A stretch of DNA of 64,000 nucleotides from Longimicrobiales bacterium (GCA_965204735.1 OZ242008.1:1472001-1536000); one strand, 5' to 3'; counted from the stretch's first letter, positions 42,296 to 53,228 are shown. The notes: a model not told the origin generated them from the letters alone. Made by a program: numbers and translations.

Positions 42296-43249
42296 ATGCA
42301 TACGTCCCGCCGACCGACCCTCGGGGCTCGCGCCCCACGCGCCGTCCTCGCCCTGCTGCCTGCTACCGTCCTCTCGACAGCGGCAAGCGTCCCCGCAACC
42401 GTTCCCGCACCCGCCTCGGCTCAGCAGGTCGGTCCCGAGAACGGCAGCCTGATCGTCGCCGGGGGCGCCCTGCGCGACCCTGCCGTCTTCCAGCGCTTCG
42501 TGGAGCTGGCCGGCGGGCCCTCCGCCCCCGTCGTCGTCATCCCCACGGCCGGCGGCGCCGACGACTACGACCAGTTCTTCCAGGGCCGCCGGCCCTTCGA
42601 GAACGCGGGCGCCCGCCACGTGACGGTCCTCCACACCTACGACCCCCAGGTGGCCGACACCGACGCCTTCGCCGAGCCCCTGCGCCAAGCCCGAGGCGTC
42701 TGGTTCACCGGCGGACGCCAGTGGCGCTTGGCCGACTCGTACCTGAACACCAAGGTGCACGACGCCCTCTGGGACGTGCTGGCCCGCGGGGGCGTGATCG
42801 GCGGCTCGTCGGCGGGCGCGTCGATCCAGGGCTCGTACTTGGTGCGCGGCGACACCCGCACCAACACCGTCATGATGGGCGACCACGAGGTCGGCCTGGG
42901 CTTCCTCAAGGGCGTCGCCATCGACCAGCACCTGTTGCGCCGCAACCGCCACTTCGACCTGATCGAGGTGATCCGCGCCAAGCCCGAGCTGCTGGGGATC
43001 GGCCTGGACGAGAACACGGCCATCGTGGTCCGAGGCGACCGCTTCGAGGTCGTGGGCCAGAGCTACGCCGTCATCTACGACCACCGCGCCACCTTGGACA
43101 CCGGCGGCCTCTTCTACTTCCTGGCTCCGGGCGACCGCTACGACATGGCGGCCCGACAAGCGTTCCGCCCCAGCCGGGGCCAAGAGGAGCTGGAACGAGT
43201 CACTGGCACGCCGTGGCCGCCCCCTAAATCGTCGAATGACGCAAGTTGA
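42296..43249 (+). CDS. Cyanophycinase-like peptidase S51 with signal peptide
   Basis: 'VVIPTA', 'WFTGGRQ', 'GGSSAGA', 'IDQH', 'GIGLDENTA'; N-terminal signal ending 'ASA-QQ'. Confidence 0.85.
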   Translation: MHTSRRPTLGARAPRAVLALLPATVLSTAASVPATVPAPASAQQVGPENGSLIVAGGALRDPAVFQRFVELAGGPSAPVVVIPTAGGADDYDQFFQGRRPFENAGARHVTVLHTYDPQVADTDAFAEPLRQARGVWFTGGRQWRLADSYLNTKVHDALWDVLARGGVIGGSSAGASIQGSYLVRGDTRTNTVMMGDHEVGLGFLKGVAIDQHLLRRNRHFDLIEVIRAKPELLGIGLDENTAIVVRGDRFEVVGQSYAVIYDHRATLDTGGLFYFLAPGDRYDMAARQAFRPSRGQEELERVTGTPWPPPKSSNDAS

Positions 43250-44300
43250 CTGCAAACATGCTCATGGCATACTCATCGCCGGAGCTGCAAGTCCGTACCA
43301 CGGGCAGAAGCCTCCGCACGTGATTCGCCCTTGGCGTTACGTTCATGGTCATGTACGTGGAACGCGTGCCCAACCGGAACTCGCCTCCTGCCGTCCTGCT
43401 CCGACGCTCCTACCGTGAGGGCGGCAAGGTGCGCAAAGAGACGCTGGCGAACCTGTCGAAGTGGCCGGACGAGCTGGTCGAGAACTTCCGCATTCTACTC
43501 CAGGGCGGCGTCGCGGTGCCGTCCCTCGACGACGCCTTCCGCATCGTGCGCTCGCGTCCGCACGGCCACGTCGCTGCGGTCGTGGGCTCGGCCCGGAAGC
43601 TGGGCTTCGAGCAGCTGCTTGACCGCAAGCCGTCAAGGAACCGCTCGCTGGCGACGGCGATGGTCTTGGCCCGCATCCTGGACCCCGACTCGCAGCTGGC
43701 GACGGCGCAGGGCCTGATCCGCGAGACGCTGGCCGACACGCTGGCCGAGGAGCTGGACGTGCAGGACGCCGACGCCGACGAGCTGGGCGCGGCGCTGGAC
43801 TGGCTGCTGGCGCGTCAAGCGGGGGTCGAGCGGCGGCTGACGCGCAAGCACCTCGCCGACGGTTCGCTGGCGCTGGGCGACATGACGTCGGCGTTCCGCA
43901 GCTGCGACCACCGCCTGGTGGGCCGGGCGCGAGCCCACGCCTTCCTTCGTAGGCTGGCCTGCTACGTCGAGTGGCACATGCGCCGTGCGCTCGCACCCAT
44001 GCTCTTGGACGCCCACGACCCGACCGTCGCCGAGGGCGGACATCCGTCTCCCGTCGCTCCCGCCCCGGCCGCACCCGCTACTGGGACCAAGGCCGGCGTA
44101 CCGAACGTCCCGCCCGACGGACTCCCCGTCCACAGCTTCCGCACGCTGCTCGCCGACCTGGCCACCCTGACCCGCAACCGCGTCCAGCCCGCAGGCGCCG
44201 CCCCGACCGACATTCTCGCACTGCCTACCCCCGTCCAGGACCGTGCGTTCCGCCTCCTCGGCGTAAAGCCCTGACCCCCCGCAGCCCCATGCCCGTAGAC
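43222..44300 (+). mobile_element. IS1634-family element remnant (boundaries approximate)
   Basis: Transposase ORF plus upstream TTGACT-16-CATACT (43246-43273); ends not securely identified. Confidence 0.6.
43351..44274 (+). pseudogene. IS1634 family transposase, internally deleted (~310 aa)
   Basis: N-terminus 'MYVERVPNRNSPPAVLLRRSYREGGKVRKETLANLS' and C-terminus 'PVHSFRTLLADLATL..PTPVQDRAFRLLGV' present; 'GDMTS' is fused directly to 'AFRS', so the DDE core is missing. Confidence 0.82.
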
Positions 44301-47300
44301 CGCGAGGTCCGCCTCGAGGCGACAACCGACGCCCTTCTGGTTGCCAACGGCGGTCGGGCCTTCTCTCGCAGGGGAGTGATCAGCATTTGCGCGTCTCACC
44401 TGAGCGACAAGCGGCTGAGCCAATCGGACGACGACGTGCAAGACGACTTCGGAGGTGCGGACGCGAATTTGGTGCAAGGTATTCGCGACCGTGAACTGGA
44501 GACATACGGTGGCGACCGAAACCGCATCACGTCCGACTATCGAGGCGAGGACGAGACCAGCCGCGACTACGGCGATCGGTTCTTGTGGGAGCTCCTGCAA
44601 AACGCCGCCGACGCCATGGGCGACGATCGTCCCAGTGGAGAACTAATCGGCTCCAAGGGACTGGGATTCAAGGCGGTGCTTGAGGTCACCGAGACACCGG
44701 AAATCCATTCCGGTCCGTTTCACTTCCTCTTCTCTGCGGCGAAGACCCAGCGTCTTGTCAAGAAGGAAGGGCTGCACGACGACCCGCCACCTCTCACGTT
44801 CCGCATCCCCCATACCGCCACGCCCGACGGAAGGGTCAAGGAGCTCCTGGATGCCGGCTACACAACGGTAATTCGGCTTCCGTGGAAGGACGACGACGCG
44901 AGAAGAACCGTGCTCCGCCGACTCCAGGACCTGGATCCCTTCTTCATGCTCCTTGTCCCGCACCTGTCCACCCTTCGCATCACCGGCCCGAACGGAGAGA
45001 CTCTCCACAGAGCTCACGGGACCGAGCCCGAACTGTCCGACGGCGTCGTGCGGCTCACCACCGACGACTCCGACGGCTCCCAATCGACCTGCTGGCGTCG
45101 ATGGACCTGGACGCAGAAGCAGAATGGGAAGCACCTTACTGCCGCGATCTGCCTGCCGCTGGCGAAGGGGGACAAGGGCGTTCCAGTCGCCCACTGCCGG
45201 ACCACTCCGCTCTTTGCCTTCTTTCCGACCCGGCATGAGACGAAGATGCGCGCCGTGGTCCATGCCTCCTTCGACCTGGAGCACAGCCGCAAGTCCACGA
45301 GGACCGGAGATCACGACGACGAGATCATCGAAGCGTTCGAGAACTTGCTTTGCCGTGTGATCGACGACGTCCCGGCCCAGACTGCCCTTGAGGCTTTCGC
45401 CCAGACGGGTCCCGACGATGAAGACGCCAACCTGTCTTCGGCCAGCCCGCTCCCCGGCGACAGACTCCGCCCGACCGCCTGGCGCACGGTCTCCAAGACA
45501 CGGTTCATACCAACCGTAGGCGGAGGTAGTACAAGACCCGGCGCAGTTCGGTTGTGGCGCCACCGACTTGGCTTCGTGCTGAACGAGGACGTCGACGATG
45601 TGCGTAACGCACGCCTTCTTGCACCGGGACTCCGGAGGCTTTCGAGCCAGCTGCGCCGCTTCGGAGCAGAAGAACTGCGCACAGCGCAATACATCAACCT
45701 ACTCCGGCATTGTCGCAACCGTTCGGCAAGCGAGTGCGTGCTGAGTTGGATGACCTTGACGCGCGTGTTGCGGCAAGCCGGGTATCCCATGGCTGAGCGG
45801 CTCCAGGTGCCCTGCTGGTGGACGGAAAGCGAGGTCGCCAGACCGTTGGATGGTGGCTTGCCTATGTTGCTTGATCGCCCAGAAAGCTGGCCTGACTGGT
45901 TGCAGATCGACATCCTACACAGCGACATGAAGGCGGCGGGCACCCGGGGTTCCAAACCGCCATGGGAGTCCACTGATGTGCTCCGTACTCAGGAGCACTA
46001 CTGTGATCGCGTATTGTATCCGCACCTGGCAACATGGACCCAGGACGAGTGGTGCGACAGAGGATGGGTGGCACTCGACCAGTTTCGACAGTGGTATACC
46101 GTTCCGAAAAAAGATGATGTTGCCCCATGGGTCGGCAGGAGCACGCAGTACCGTCGCAAGAGCGCAATCGCACATCTCCGTGTTCCTACCGACAAGGGCT
46201 GGTTGCCGTCCGCCGACTGCTACGCCGGTGGTGCGTGGGACGGGCTGAAGGCCTTCGACCGGTACTTTGCGAGTATCCGCGATCGAGGCCTCCTGCTGCC
46301 TTGGGAGCAATGGCCGAAACAGATGCGCCAAGAAACCGCCAAGGATGACTGGAAGCCCATACTCCGGTGGCTCGGGGTTTCCTGGGAGCCGAAGGTGCGC
46401 GAGATGGAGCTTTCGTCTGATGAGAAACCGCGGCCCAACCTATGGCGAGCTTACAAGGATGACAATGACATATGGGCGACAAGCTGGATATTCAACGTGA
46501 TCATTGAACACTTTCCTCACTGCATTCGCGACTTGGATGTGGCCGAGCCTGAACACACAATGGACGCGGTGATTCGATTGGCACGGGCGGTGGCGAGTCA
46601 GAACGCACGCTACTTCTACCGCAAGCCTAAGACATGCACAACATTTGCTTGGTATCAGCTCCGTAATACGAAGTGGTTGCCGTGTACGCGCTCACTGCTA
46701 CATAACGAGGACAGAGTGGTTCCCACCCAAGCGTTCATGCCAGATATGGGCTTCAATGGAAATGCTTCCTGAAGTGCTACTACGGGGCAGTGACCGTGAG
46801 ATATGGATATGGTTGTGGCAACTTGGCGTTAAAAGTGGTCTGCCGGACTACCCAGGCGCATGGCACGATTGGATGTGTCGGCTGTCGAGAATCGGAAACG
46901 GAAGCGATCGATACGATCCCGAGCACGTACGGAGAGCCGCAGATGCATTGTATCGCGGCTACTTGAACCTCGAAAGTGGCGACGACACGCCGTTTCCGTC
47001 GGATATTCAGCTTCCTTGTCTTACAGCCGCTGACGATGGCCCAGTCTTTACGTTTGCGTCGGCGTCGGAGGTGTACTACGTGGACGAACCACACCTGCAA
47101 GAGGTCGGGGACGAAATTGTTCAGAGAGGATACAACCTTTTTATACTTTCTCCTCATGCCGGGAAGCGAGCCCCGTCTCGGCTGCGAATCTCGCGTCTTT
47201 CGAGTGCCCTGAACGCAGACGTGCGATTCATTGAAGAGGATGTTCGTGCGACCGAGGCCGTTCGACTACGGTACCAGCAACGTCGAGTGGGCTTGATCCT

Positions 47301-48459
47301 TGCTGCTGGACTGAAAGAGGGGCAGCTTCCTCAAGATCTGGCGGTCTCCGTTGTCAAAGACCTGCGGGTGGACTTGGTGGATCCCGAGAAAGTCGAGGAG
47401 ATCGCCAGCGTCGGTGTTCTGTCGTGGACAGGTCAGGATCGACCGTTGCTTCTGAGCCAGCGAAGCCGGTGGCGTGCGTTTGGACATGGACTTGCACGAT
47501 GGGTGGTTCGTCGGGACACGATGGCGTCATTGTTTGAGACCTTGCTGCGCGAACGGAGTCGCCGGGAATATGAGGATCGACTCCTGCAATTTGGCATTAC
47601 GAGAGATGATGTGGAGCGGGCCATGGCAGACTGGACCGATGATTCGGACAGCGATCGGGGCGACTCTCGTGAGCGTTGGGAGGGATCGGGACCGGACGAC
47701 TCGACAAGAGATTTGGACGGACGGAAACACAGCGAGCCGGATACAACCGACAGCGTCGATGCCGGTCGATCGGACGGACACGAGTTTCGCCAGACCGGAT
47801 CTGGTGTTCGCCAGACCGGATCTGAGGGTGGCGGGGCTGGCAAGAGCGGGCGTCCACCGACCGGAGGTAGCGGTCCCGGTTCGACGGGCCCCAGTGGAAA
47901 ACAGCCGAATGTCGCAGCGGGTCGTGCGGCGGAGGATTGGCTGGCGGAACGGCTCGAGGAGACCTTTCCACAAGGAGCCGTGCAGCGTAGAGTCAGAGAC
48001 TCGCAGAACCGAGAAAGCGACTTCGTAGTCCGCCCAGGTTCGGTCGAGTTTCACATTGAGGTCAAGCACTTGGCGCGCGTCCCTGGCAAGATCTATTGGT
48101 CGGAGGGTCAGTGCGGCAAGGCTCAAGAGATATTTCGTGGTGAGTCCGCAGAATGGTACTTCATGGCCTTGCTGGTTTCAGATTCCGGTGGCCAGTACCA
48201 GATCTACTGGTCCTGGAATCCGCTCTCTGAACTCCAGGTCGTCCAGAGGGAAGTACAGTGGGAAGGCACGAGCAAGTACGAGGCCGTGGAGTCGGACTCC
48301 TGGGATGTGGCAGATCAGCAACCCCAAGACGTGCCGGTCAACCGACACAAGTTCCGCATTCAAGTCGACCAGGGACTGCTGGATGGTCTCGACAAGGACG
48401 ACAAGTGGCTACGAAAGCTGCAGGAACAAATCCATGAAGTGGTCGCCACCTCAAGGTAG
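44289..48459 (+). pseudogene. Sacsin-like HATPase - DUF3883 (NOV C-terminal nuclease) protein, split by a +1 frameshift near 46761
   Basis: 'RFLWELLQNAADA', 'IGSKGLGFKAV', 'PLFAFFPT', 'VHASFDL'; GGAAATG vs GGAATG joins the two ORFs; C-terminal 'GRAAE...SDF......HIEVK'. Confidence 0.75.
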
Positions 48460-48605
48460 CTGAGGTGCCCACACCTTGACGAAGCATCTCGCGCCAACGG
48501 CAACCGCGCCACCGCCTTCCCGCCCGGCACGTTCGCCGTGTGAAGCCTCGCGCGGCCGTCAGCCGCCCTCTGCAACGGCGCTCGGCTCCCATTAGCTTTC
48601 CCTTG

Positions 48606-50549
48606 ATGAACGCCCCCTCCCCCCCCGCCTCCGCGCCGCGCCTCCGCGCCGTCCTTCCCGACGGCCGTGCCGTCGAGCTTCCTCCCGGCTCCACCGCCGC
48701 CGACCTGGCCGCCCACATCGGCCCCGGCTTGGCCCGGGCCGCCCTGGCCGCGGTCGTGAACGGCGAAGTCGTGGACCTGGCCCGCCCCATCCCCGACGGC
48801 GCCCAAGTTCGCCTCCTCACCGAGCGCGACCCGGAGGCGCTGCCGGTGCTGCGCCACTCGGCGGCCCACGTCCTGGCCACCGCCGTCCGCGAGCTCGTGC
48901 CCACCGCGGGGATCGGCTTCGGCCCCGCCATCGACGACGGCTTCTACTACGACTTCGACGTGCCCGAGCCCTTCACGCCGGAGCAGGTCGCCGCCATCGA
49001 AGAACGCATGGCCGCCGTCGCAGCCGCCGACCACCCCTTCGAGCGGCAGGTCGTCGACAGGGAAGAGGCCCGGCAACTCTTCGCCGACGACCCCCTCAAG
49101 CTGGAGCGGCTGGACGAGCTCGCCGACGACGAGACGATCACCGTCTACCGCGACGGCCCCTTCCTGGACCTCTGCCGGGGTCCCCACGTTCCGAGCACCG
49201 GTCGCCTGAAGCACTTCAAGCTGCTCAGCGTCGCCGGCGCGTACTGGCGGGGCGACGAGAAGCGGCAGATGCTCCAGCGGATCTACGGCGCCGCCTTCTT
49301 CCGCAAGAGCGACCTGAAGGCGCACCTCCACCGGCTGGAAGAAGCCAAGCGCCGCGACCACCGCACGCTGGGCAAGCAGCTGGACCTCTACTCGATCCAG
49401 GACGAAGTCGGCCCCGGCCTCGTCCTCTGGCACCCCCACGGGGGCCGCGTGCGCCACGTCGTGGAGGAGTTCCTCAAGAAGACGCTGATCGAGCACGGCT
49501 ACGAGATCGTCTTCACGCCCCACGTGGCCAGCGAGGAGCTGTACGAGCTGTCGGGCCACCTCGAGGTCTTCGCCGACGACATGTTCCCGGCGATGGACGA
49601 CGACGGGACGCGCTTCCGCATGAAGCCGATGAACTGCCCCCACCACTTCATGATCTACCGCTCCGGCGTCCGCTCGCACCGCGACCTGCCCCTGCGCTAC
49701 GCCGAGCTGGGCACCTGCTACCGCTACGAGCGATCGGGCGCCCTCCACGGAATGCTGCGCGTCCGCGCCTTCACCCAGGACGACGCCCACATCTTCATCC
49801 GCGAGGACCAGATCGAAGAGGAGTACGGCCGCCTGCTCGACCTGGAACGCTACCTGCTGGGCGTCTTCGGCTACGAGTACCGCACCGCGCTCTCCACCCG
49901 CCCCGAGAAGGCGATCGGCGACCCGGCGGTATACGACGCGGCCTCGGAGCGCTTGGCCAGCGTCCTCCGCGACCGGGGACTCGACTACGAGCTCGACGAG
50001 GGAGGCGGCGCCTTCTACGGCCCCAAGGTGGACATCCTGGTCACCGACGCCCTGGGCCGGGAGTGGCAGGGAGGCACCTTCCAGCTGGACTTCCTCATGC
50101 CCCAGCGCTTCGGCCTGGAGTACGTGGGGGCCGACAACCGCCGCCACAACGCCGTCGTGATCCACCGCACCCTGCTGGGCTCGATGGAGCGGTTCGTGGG
50201 CGGCCTGATCGAGCACTACGCGGGGGCGTTCCCGCTCTGGCTGGCGCCCCGCCAGGTCGTCGTCCTTCCCGTCTCCCAGCAGTGGACTCCCTCGGCCCAC
50301 GAGCTGGCGGAGCGGCTGACCCGCGACGGCCTGCGCGCCGAGGTGGACGAACGGGAGACGCTGGGCTACCGGATCCGTGCCGCCGAGACCCGGAAGGTCC
50401 CCTACATGGCGATCGTGGGGGAGCGCGAAGCGGAAGCGGGCACGGTGGCGGTCCGCAAGCGCGGGGCCAAGAAGAAGCAGGTGACGATGAGCCGCGACGC
50501 CTTCGCCAACCGGCTGCGCGCCGAGGTGGAGAGCCGGGCGCTGGAGTGA
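48606..50549 (+). CDS. thrS: Threonine--tRNA ligase
   Basis: TGS domain, 'RHSAAH', 'DLCRGPHV', 'KPMNCP', 'RVRAFTQDDAH', 'GSMERF'. Confidence 0.98.
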   Translation: MNAPSPPASAPRLRAVLPDGRAVELPPGSTAADLAAHIGPGLARAALAAVVNGEVVDLARPIPDGAQVRLLTERDPEALPVLRHSAAHVLATAVRELVPTAGIGFGPAIDDGFYYDFDVPEPFTPEQVAAIEERMAAVAAADHPFERQVVDREEARQLFADDPLKLERLDELADDETITVYRDGPFLDLCRGPHVPSTGRLKHFKLLSVAGAYWRGDEKRQMLQRIYGAAFFRKSDLKAHLHRLEEAKRRDHRTLGKQLDLYSIQDEVGPGLVLWHPHGGRVRHVVEEFLKKTLIEHGYEIVFTPHVASEELYELSGHLEVFADDMFPAMDDDGTRFRMKPMNCPHHFMIYRSGVRSHRDLPLRYAELGTCYRYERSGALHGMLRVRAFTQDDAHIFIREDQIEEEYGRLLDLERYLLGVFGYEYRTALSTRPEKAIGDPAVYDAASERLASVLRDRGLDYELDEGGGAFYGPKVDILVTDALGREWQGGTFQLDFLMPQRFGLEYVGADNRRHNAVVIHRTLLGSMERFVGGLIEHYAGAFPLWLAPRQVVVLPVSQQWTPSAHELAERLTRDGLRAEVDERETLGYRIRAAETRKVPYMAIVGEREAEAGTVAVRKRGAKKKQVTMSRDAFANRLRAEVESRALE

Positions 50550-50559
50550 GCCTGCCGGT

Positions 50560-50608
50560 TCCCCCGCAGGAAGAGGACGGCCGGCGCCGCCGAGGTGTCG
50601 ACGATCAC
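50560..50608 (-). pseudogene. VapC (PIN) toxin N-terminal stub
   Basis: GTG overlapping the vapB stop; 'MIVDTSA..AVL', after which similarity is lost (frame continues antisense into thrS). Confidence 0.6.
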
Positions 50609-50862
50609 TTCGGCAGCCCGCGCTCGTCATACAGCACATCGCCGTGATCGACTGCGACGGGTCCCGGCCCCAGGCTGTCGGCGCAACGGCGCGCCACTGC
50701 GAGAATCTCTTCGACGCGATGCTCCGCGCTCGCTTCGTGACGCTTGCGCTCCAGGCGCTGGCGCAGCGCGACGGTGATCGCCGTGGTCTTCGTCTCGCCC
50801 GTCAGCTCCGCCAGCTCGCTCGCCAGCCGACAGGTCTCCGCGTTCTTGATCGTCAGGCTCAT
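50605..50862 (-). CDS. vapB: VapB-type antitoxin (Rv0623-like)
   Basis: 'MSLTIKNAET.RLA.ELA.LTGETKT.AI..ALR.RL...LYDERGLPK'; GGGAGG RBS. Confidence 0.88.
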   Translation of the reverse strand: MSLTIKNAETCRLASELAELTGETKTTAITVALRQRLERKRHEASAEHRVEEILAVARRCADSLGPGPVAVDHGDVLYDERGLPK

Positions 50863-51046
50863 CCGGACTCCTCCCACCGCCGCTGGGTTCGCCCCCTTGA
50901 CCCGTCCACCTTCCGGGTGCGACTATTCGACTCTGTACCCGCTCCGGCCGCGCCCCCGCCGAGAGCCGCCCGTCCGCCAACCCCCACAGGAAGCGGCGTC
51001 CGGCCCCGTCGGGGCTGCGTCGCGCCGAACCAAGGAGAGTGCCAAG

Positions 51047-51562
51047 ATCGCAGAAAAACGCGTCAGGGTGAACGACCAGATCAGGATCAGCCCGATCCGT
51101 CTGATCGCGGAGGAGGGAGGGCAGATCGGGATCGTTTCCCTGGACGACGCTCGCGCGCGGGCATCGGAGCTGGGGTTGGACTTGGTCGAGGTCGCCCCGG
51201 AATCGAGGCCGCCCGTGGTTCGCCTGATGGACTACGGCAAGTACAAGTACAAGGCGGCCCGGGCCGCTCGCGAGGCGAAGAAGAAGCAGCACACAGTCCA
51301 GATCAAGGAGGTCAAGTTCCGCCCCGGAATCGAAGACCACGACTACGAGTTCAAGCGCCGCCACGCCCGTCGCTTCCTGACCGAAGGCAACAAGGTCAAG
51401 CTCACCATGATGTTTCGCGGCCGCCAAGCCGCTCACCCGGAGCTGGGGCGGGAAGTGCTGTTGCGCCTGACCAACGACCTCAGCGACTGCGCCCGGATCG
51501 AGCAGTACCCGAACTTCGAGGGGCGCCAGATGTCGATGATCCTGATCCCCCTCAAGAACTAG
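51047..51562 (+). CDS. infC: Translation initiation factor IF-3 (non-canonical ATC start)
   Basis: AAGGAG-agtgccaag-ATC; 'RVNDQI', 'LDLVEVAP...[13 protein letters not shown]', 'KEVKFRP'. Confidence 0.95.
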   Translation: MAEKRVRVNDQIRISPIRLIAEEGGQIGIVSLDDARARASELGLDLVEVAPESRPPVVRLMDYGKYKYKAARAAREAKKKQHTVQIKEVKFRPGIEDHDYEFKRRHARRFLTEGNKVKLTMMFRGRQAAHPELGREVLLRLTNDLSDCARIEQYPNFEGRQMSMILIPLKN

Positions 51563-51587
51563 CCCGAGAACTAGCCCGAGAGGACCC

Positions 51588-51785
51588 ATGCCGAAGATGA
51601 AGACGAACCGGGGCGCGGCGAAGCGCATCCGGAAGACAGGATCCGGGAAGCTGGCGAGGAGGCGGGCGTACAAGTCCCACATCCTCACCAAGAAGAACAG
51701 GAAGCGGAAGCGTCGGCTCCGCAGCGGGACGATGGCCTCCAAGGCCGACGCCCGCCGCGTGCGCCGGATGCTGCCGGGCAAGTAA
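51588..51785 (+). CDS. rpmI: 50S ribosomal protein L35
   Basis: '[13 protein letters not shown]...SHILTKK'. Confidence 0.98.
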   Translation: MPKMKTNRGAAKRIRKTGSGKLARRRAYKSHILTKKNRKRKRRLRSGTMASKADARRVRRMLPGK

Positions 51786-51798
51786 GGAGGCCGAACCG

Positions 51799-52158
51799 AT
51801 GCCGCGCACGACCCGCGCCCCTGCCCGCCACAAGCGGAAGAAGAAGGTGCTCCGCGCCGCCAAGGGCTACTTCGGCGGGCGCAAGAACCTGTACCGGACG
51901 GCCAAGGACGCCGTCGAGAAGGGCTGGGAGCACGCCTACCGGGACAGGAAGAAGAAGAAGCGGAACTTCCGCCGCCTCTGGATCGCCAGGATCAACGCCG
52001 CCGCCCGAGAGCACGAGATCTCCTACTCCCGCTTCATGAACGGGCTGCGGCAGGCCGGCGTCGAGCTGGACCGGAAGGCGCTGGCGGACTTGGCCGTGCG
52101 GAGCCCCGACGCCTTCGCCTCCTTGGCGGAACGAGCCAAGGCGGCGCTGGACAAGTAG
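51799..52158 (+). CDS. rplT: 50S ribosomal protein L20
   Basis: 'AKGYFG', '[20 protein letters not shown]'. Confidence 0.98.
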   Translation: MPRTTRAPARHKRKKKVLRAAKGYFGGRKNLYRTAKDAVEKGWEHAYRDRKKKKRNFRRLWIARINAAAREHEISYSRFMNGLRQAGVELDRKALADLAVRSPDAFASLAERAKAALDK

Positions 52159-52159
52159 C

Positions 52160-52195
52160 GGGCGCGCGGCCAGGCGTCGTTCGGCGCGCCCCTTT
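52160..52195 (+). terminator. Possible weak terminator after rplT
   Basis: GGGCGCGC / GCGCGCCC stem followed by CTTT. Confidence 0.35.
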
Positions 52196-52213
52196 GCTCG
52201 ACCCCGCCGTTCC

Positions 52214-53212
52214 ATGACCAGCGTGCCCATCGTCGAGGCGCTCGGCGCCCTCCGGGAAGAGGCCCTGGCGGCCGTGCAGGAGGCCCGAGACCCGGGGGAC
52301 CTGGAGCGGGTGCGGGTGGCGTACCTGGGGCGCAAGGAGGGCCGGATCTCCCGGCTACTCCGGGGTCTGGGCAAGCTGCCTCCGCAGGACCGGCCAGCGG
52401 CGGGCGCCGAAGCGAACCGCGCGAAGAGGGCGGTGGCCAAGGCGCTCGAGGAGAGGGCGAGCGCGTTTGCGGCCGACGCCTCCCAAGCCGGTGCCCCCGT
52501 CGACCTGACCCTTCCGCCCCAGGAGAAGTGGCGGGGAAGCGTCCACCCCGTGAGCCGGGCGATCGACGACATCTGGGCGATCTTCCGCAGCCTGGGCTTC
52601 ACTCGGGCGCGCGGCCCCGAAGTGGACGACGAGTGGCACAACTTCGTAGCCCTCAACACCCCTCTGGACCACCCGGCGGCCGACGAGCAGGACACCCTCT
52701 ACCTCGGGCCGGGACTCCTCCTGCGCAGCCACACCTCGCCGGTCCAGGTCCGCACGATGCGGCACCACGAGCCGCCGCTCCGGATCGTCGCGCCGGGCAT
52801 GGTCTACCGTCGCGACACCTACGACGCCACCCACACGCCGGCGTTCGCCCAGATCGAGGGGCTGGTGGTGGACGAGGGAGTCACCTTCGTGGACTTCAAG
52901 GCCACCCTGGCCGAGTTCGCCCGCCGCTTCTGGGGGCCGGGGACGCGGGTGCGCTTCCGTCCGTCGTTCTTCCCGTTCACCGAGCCCTCGGCGGAGGTGG
53001 ACGTGAAGCGGGAAGGCTCCGACTGGCTGGAGATCATGGGCGCGGGAATGGTCGATCCGGCCGTGCTGGAGAACGTGGGCTACGATCCGGAGCGCTATGC
53101 CGGGTGGGCGTTCGGCATGGGGCCGGCGCGGATCGCGATGCTCCGCCACGGGGTCCGAGACCTGCGCCTCTTCTACGAGAACGACATGCGCTTCCTGGGG
53201 CAGTTCGCATGA
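52214..53212 (+). CDS. pheS: Phenylalanine--tRNA ligase alpha subunit
   Basis: 'LRSHTSPVQ', 'THTPAFAQIEG', 'RFRPSFFPFTEPSAE', 'GWAFGMG'. Confidence 0.98.
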   Translation: MTSVPIVEALGALREEALAAVQEARDPGDLERVRVAYLGRKEGRISRLLRGLGKLPPQDRPAAGAEANRAKRAVAKALEERASAFAADASQAGAPVDLTLPPQEKWRGSVHPVSRAIDDIWAIFRSLGFTRARGPEVDDEWHNFVALNTPLDHPAADEQDTLYLGPGLLLRSHTSPVQVRTMRHHEPPLRIVAPGMVYRRDTYDATHTPAFAQIEGLVVDEGVTFVDFKATLAEFARRFWGPGTRVRFRPSFFPFTEPSAEVDVKREGSDWLEIMGAGMVDPAVLENVGYDPERYAGWAFGMGPARIAMLRHGVRDLRLFYENDMRFLGQFA

Positions 53213-53228
53213 GGGCGGCGGCCGCTTC

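Noticed and set aside
48460..48605. T-box or other leader upstream of thrS
   Set aside because: No T-box consensus or terminator seen
48613..48626. C5-T-C8 run at the thrS 5' end as a phase-variation tract
   Set aside because: Interrupted, short, currently in frame, and in an essential gene
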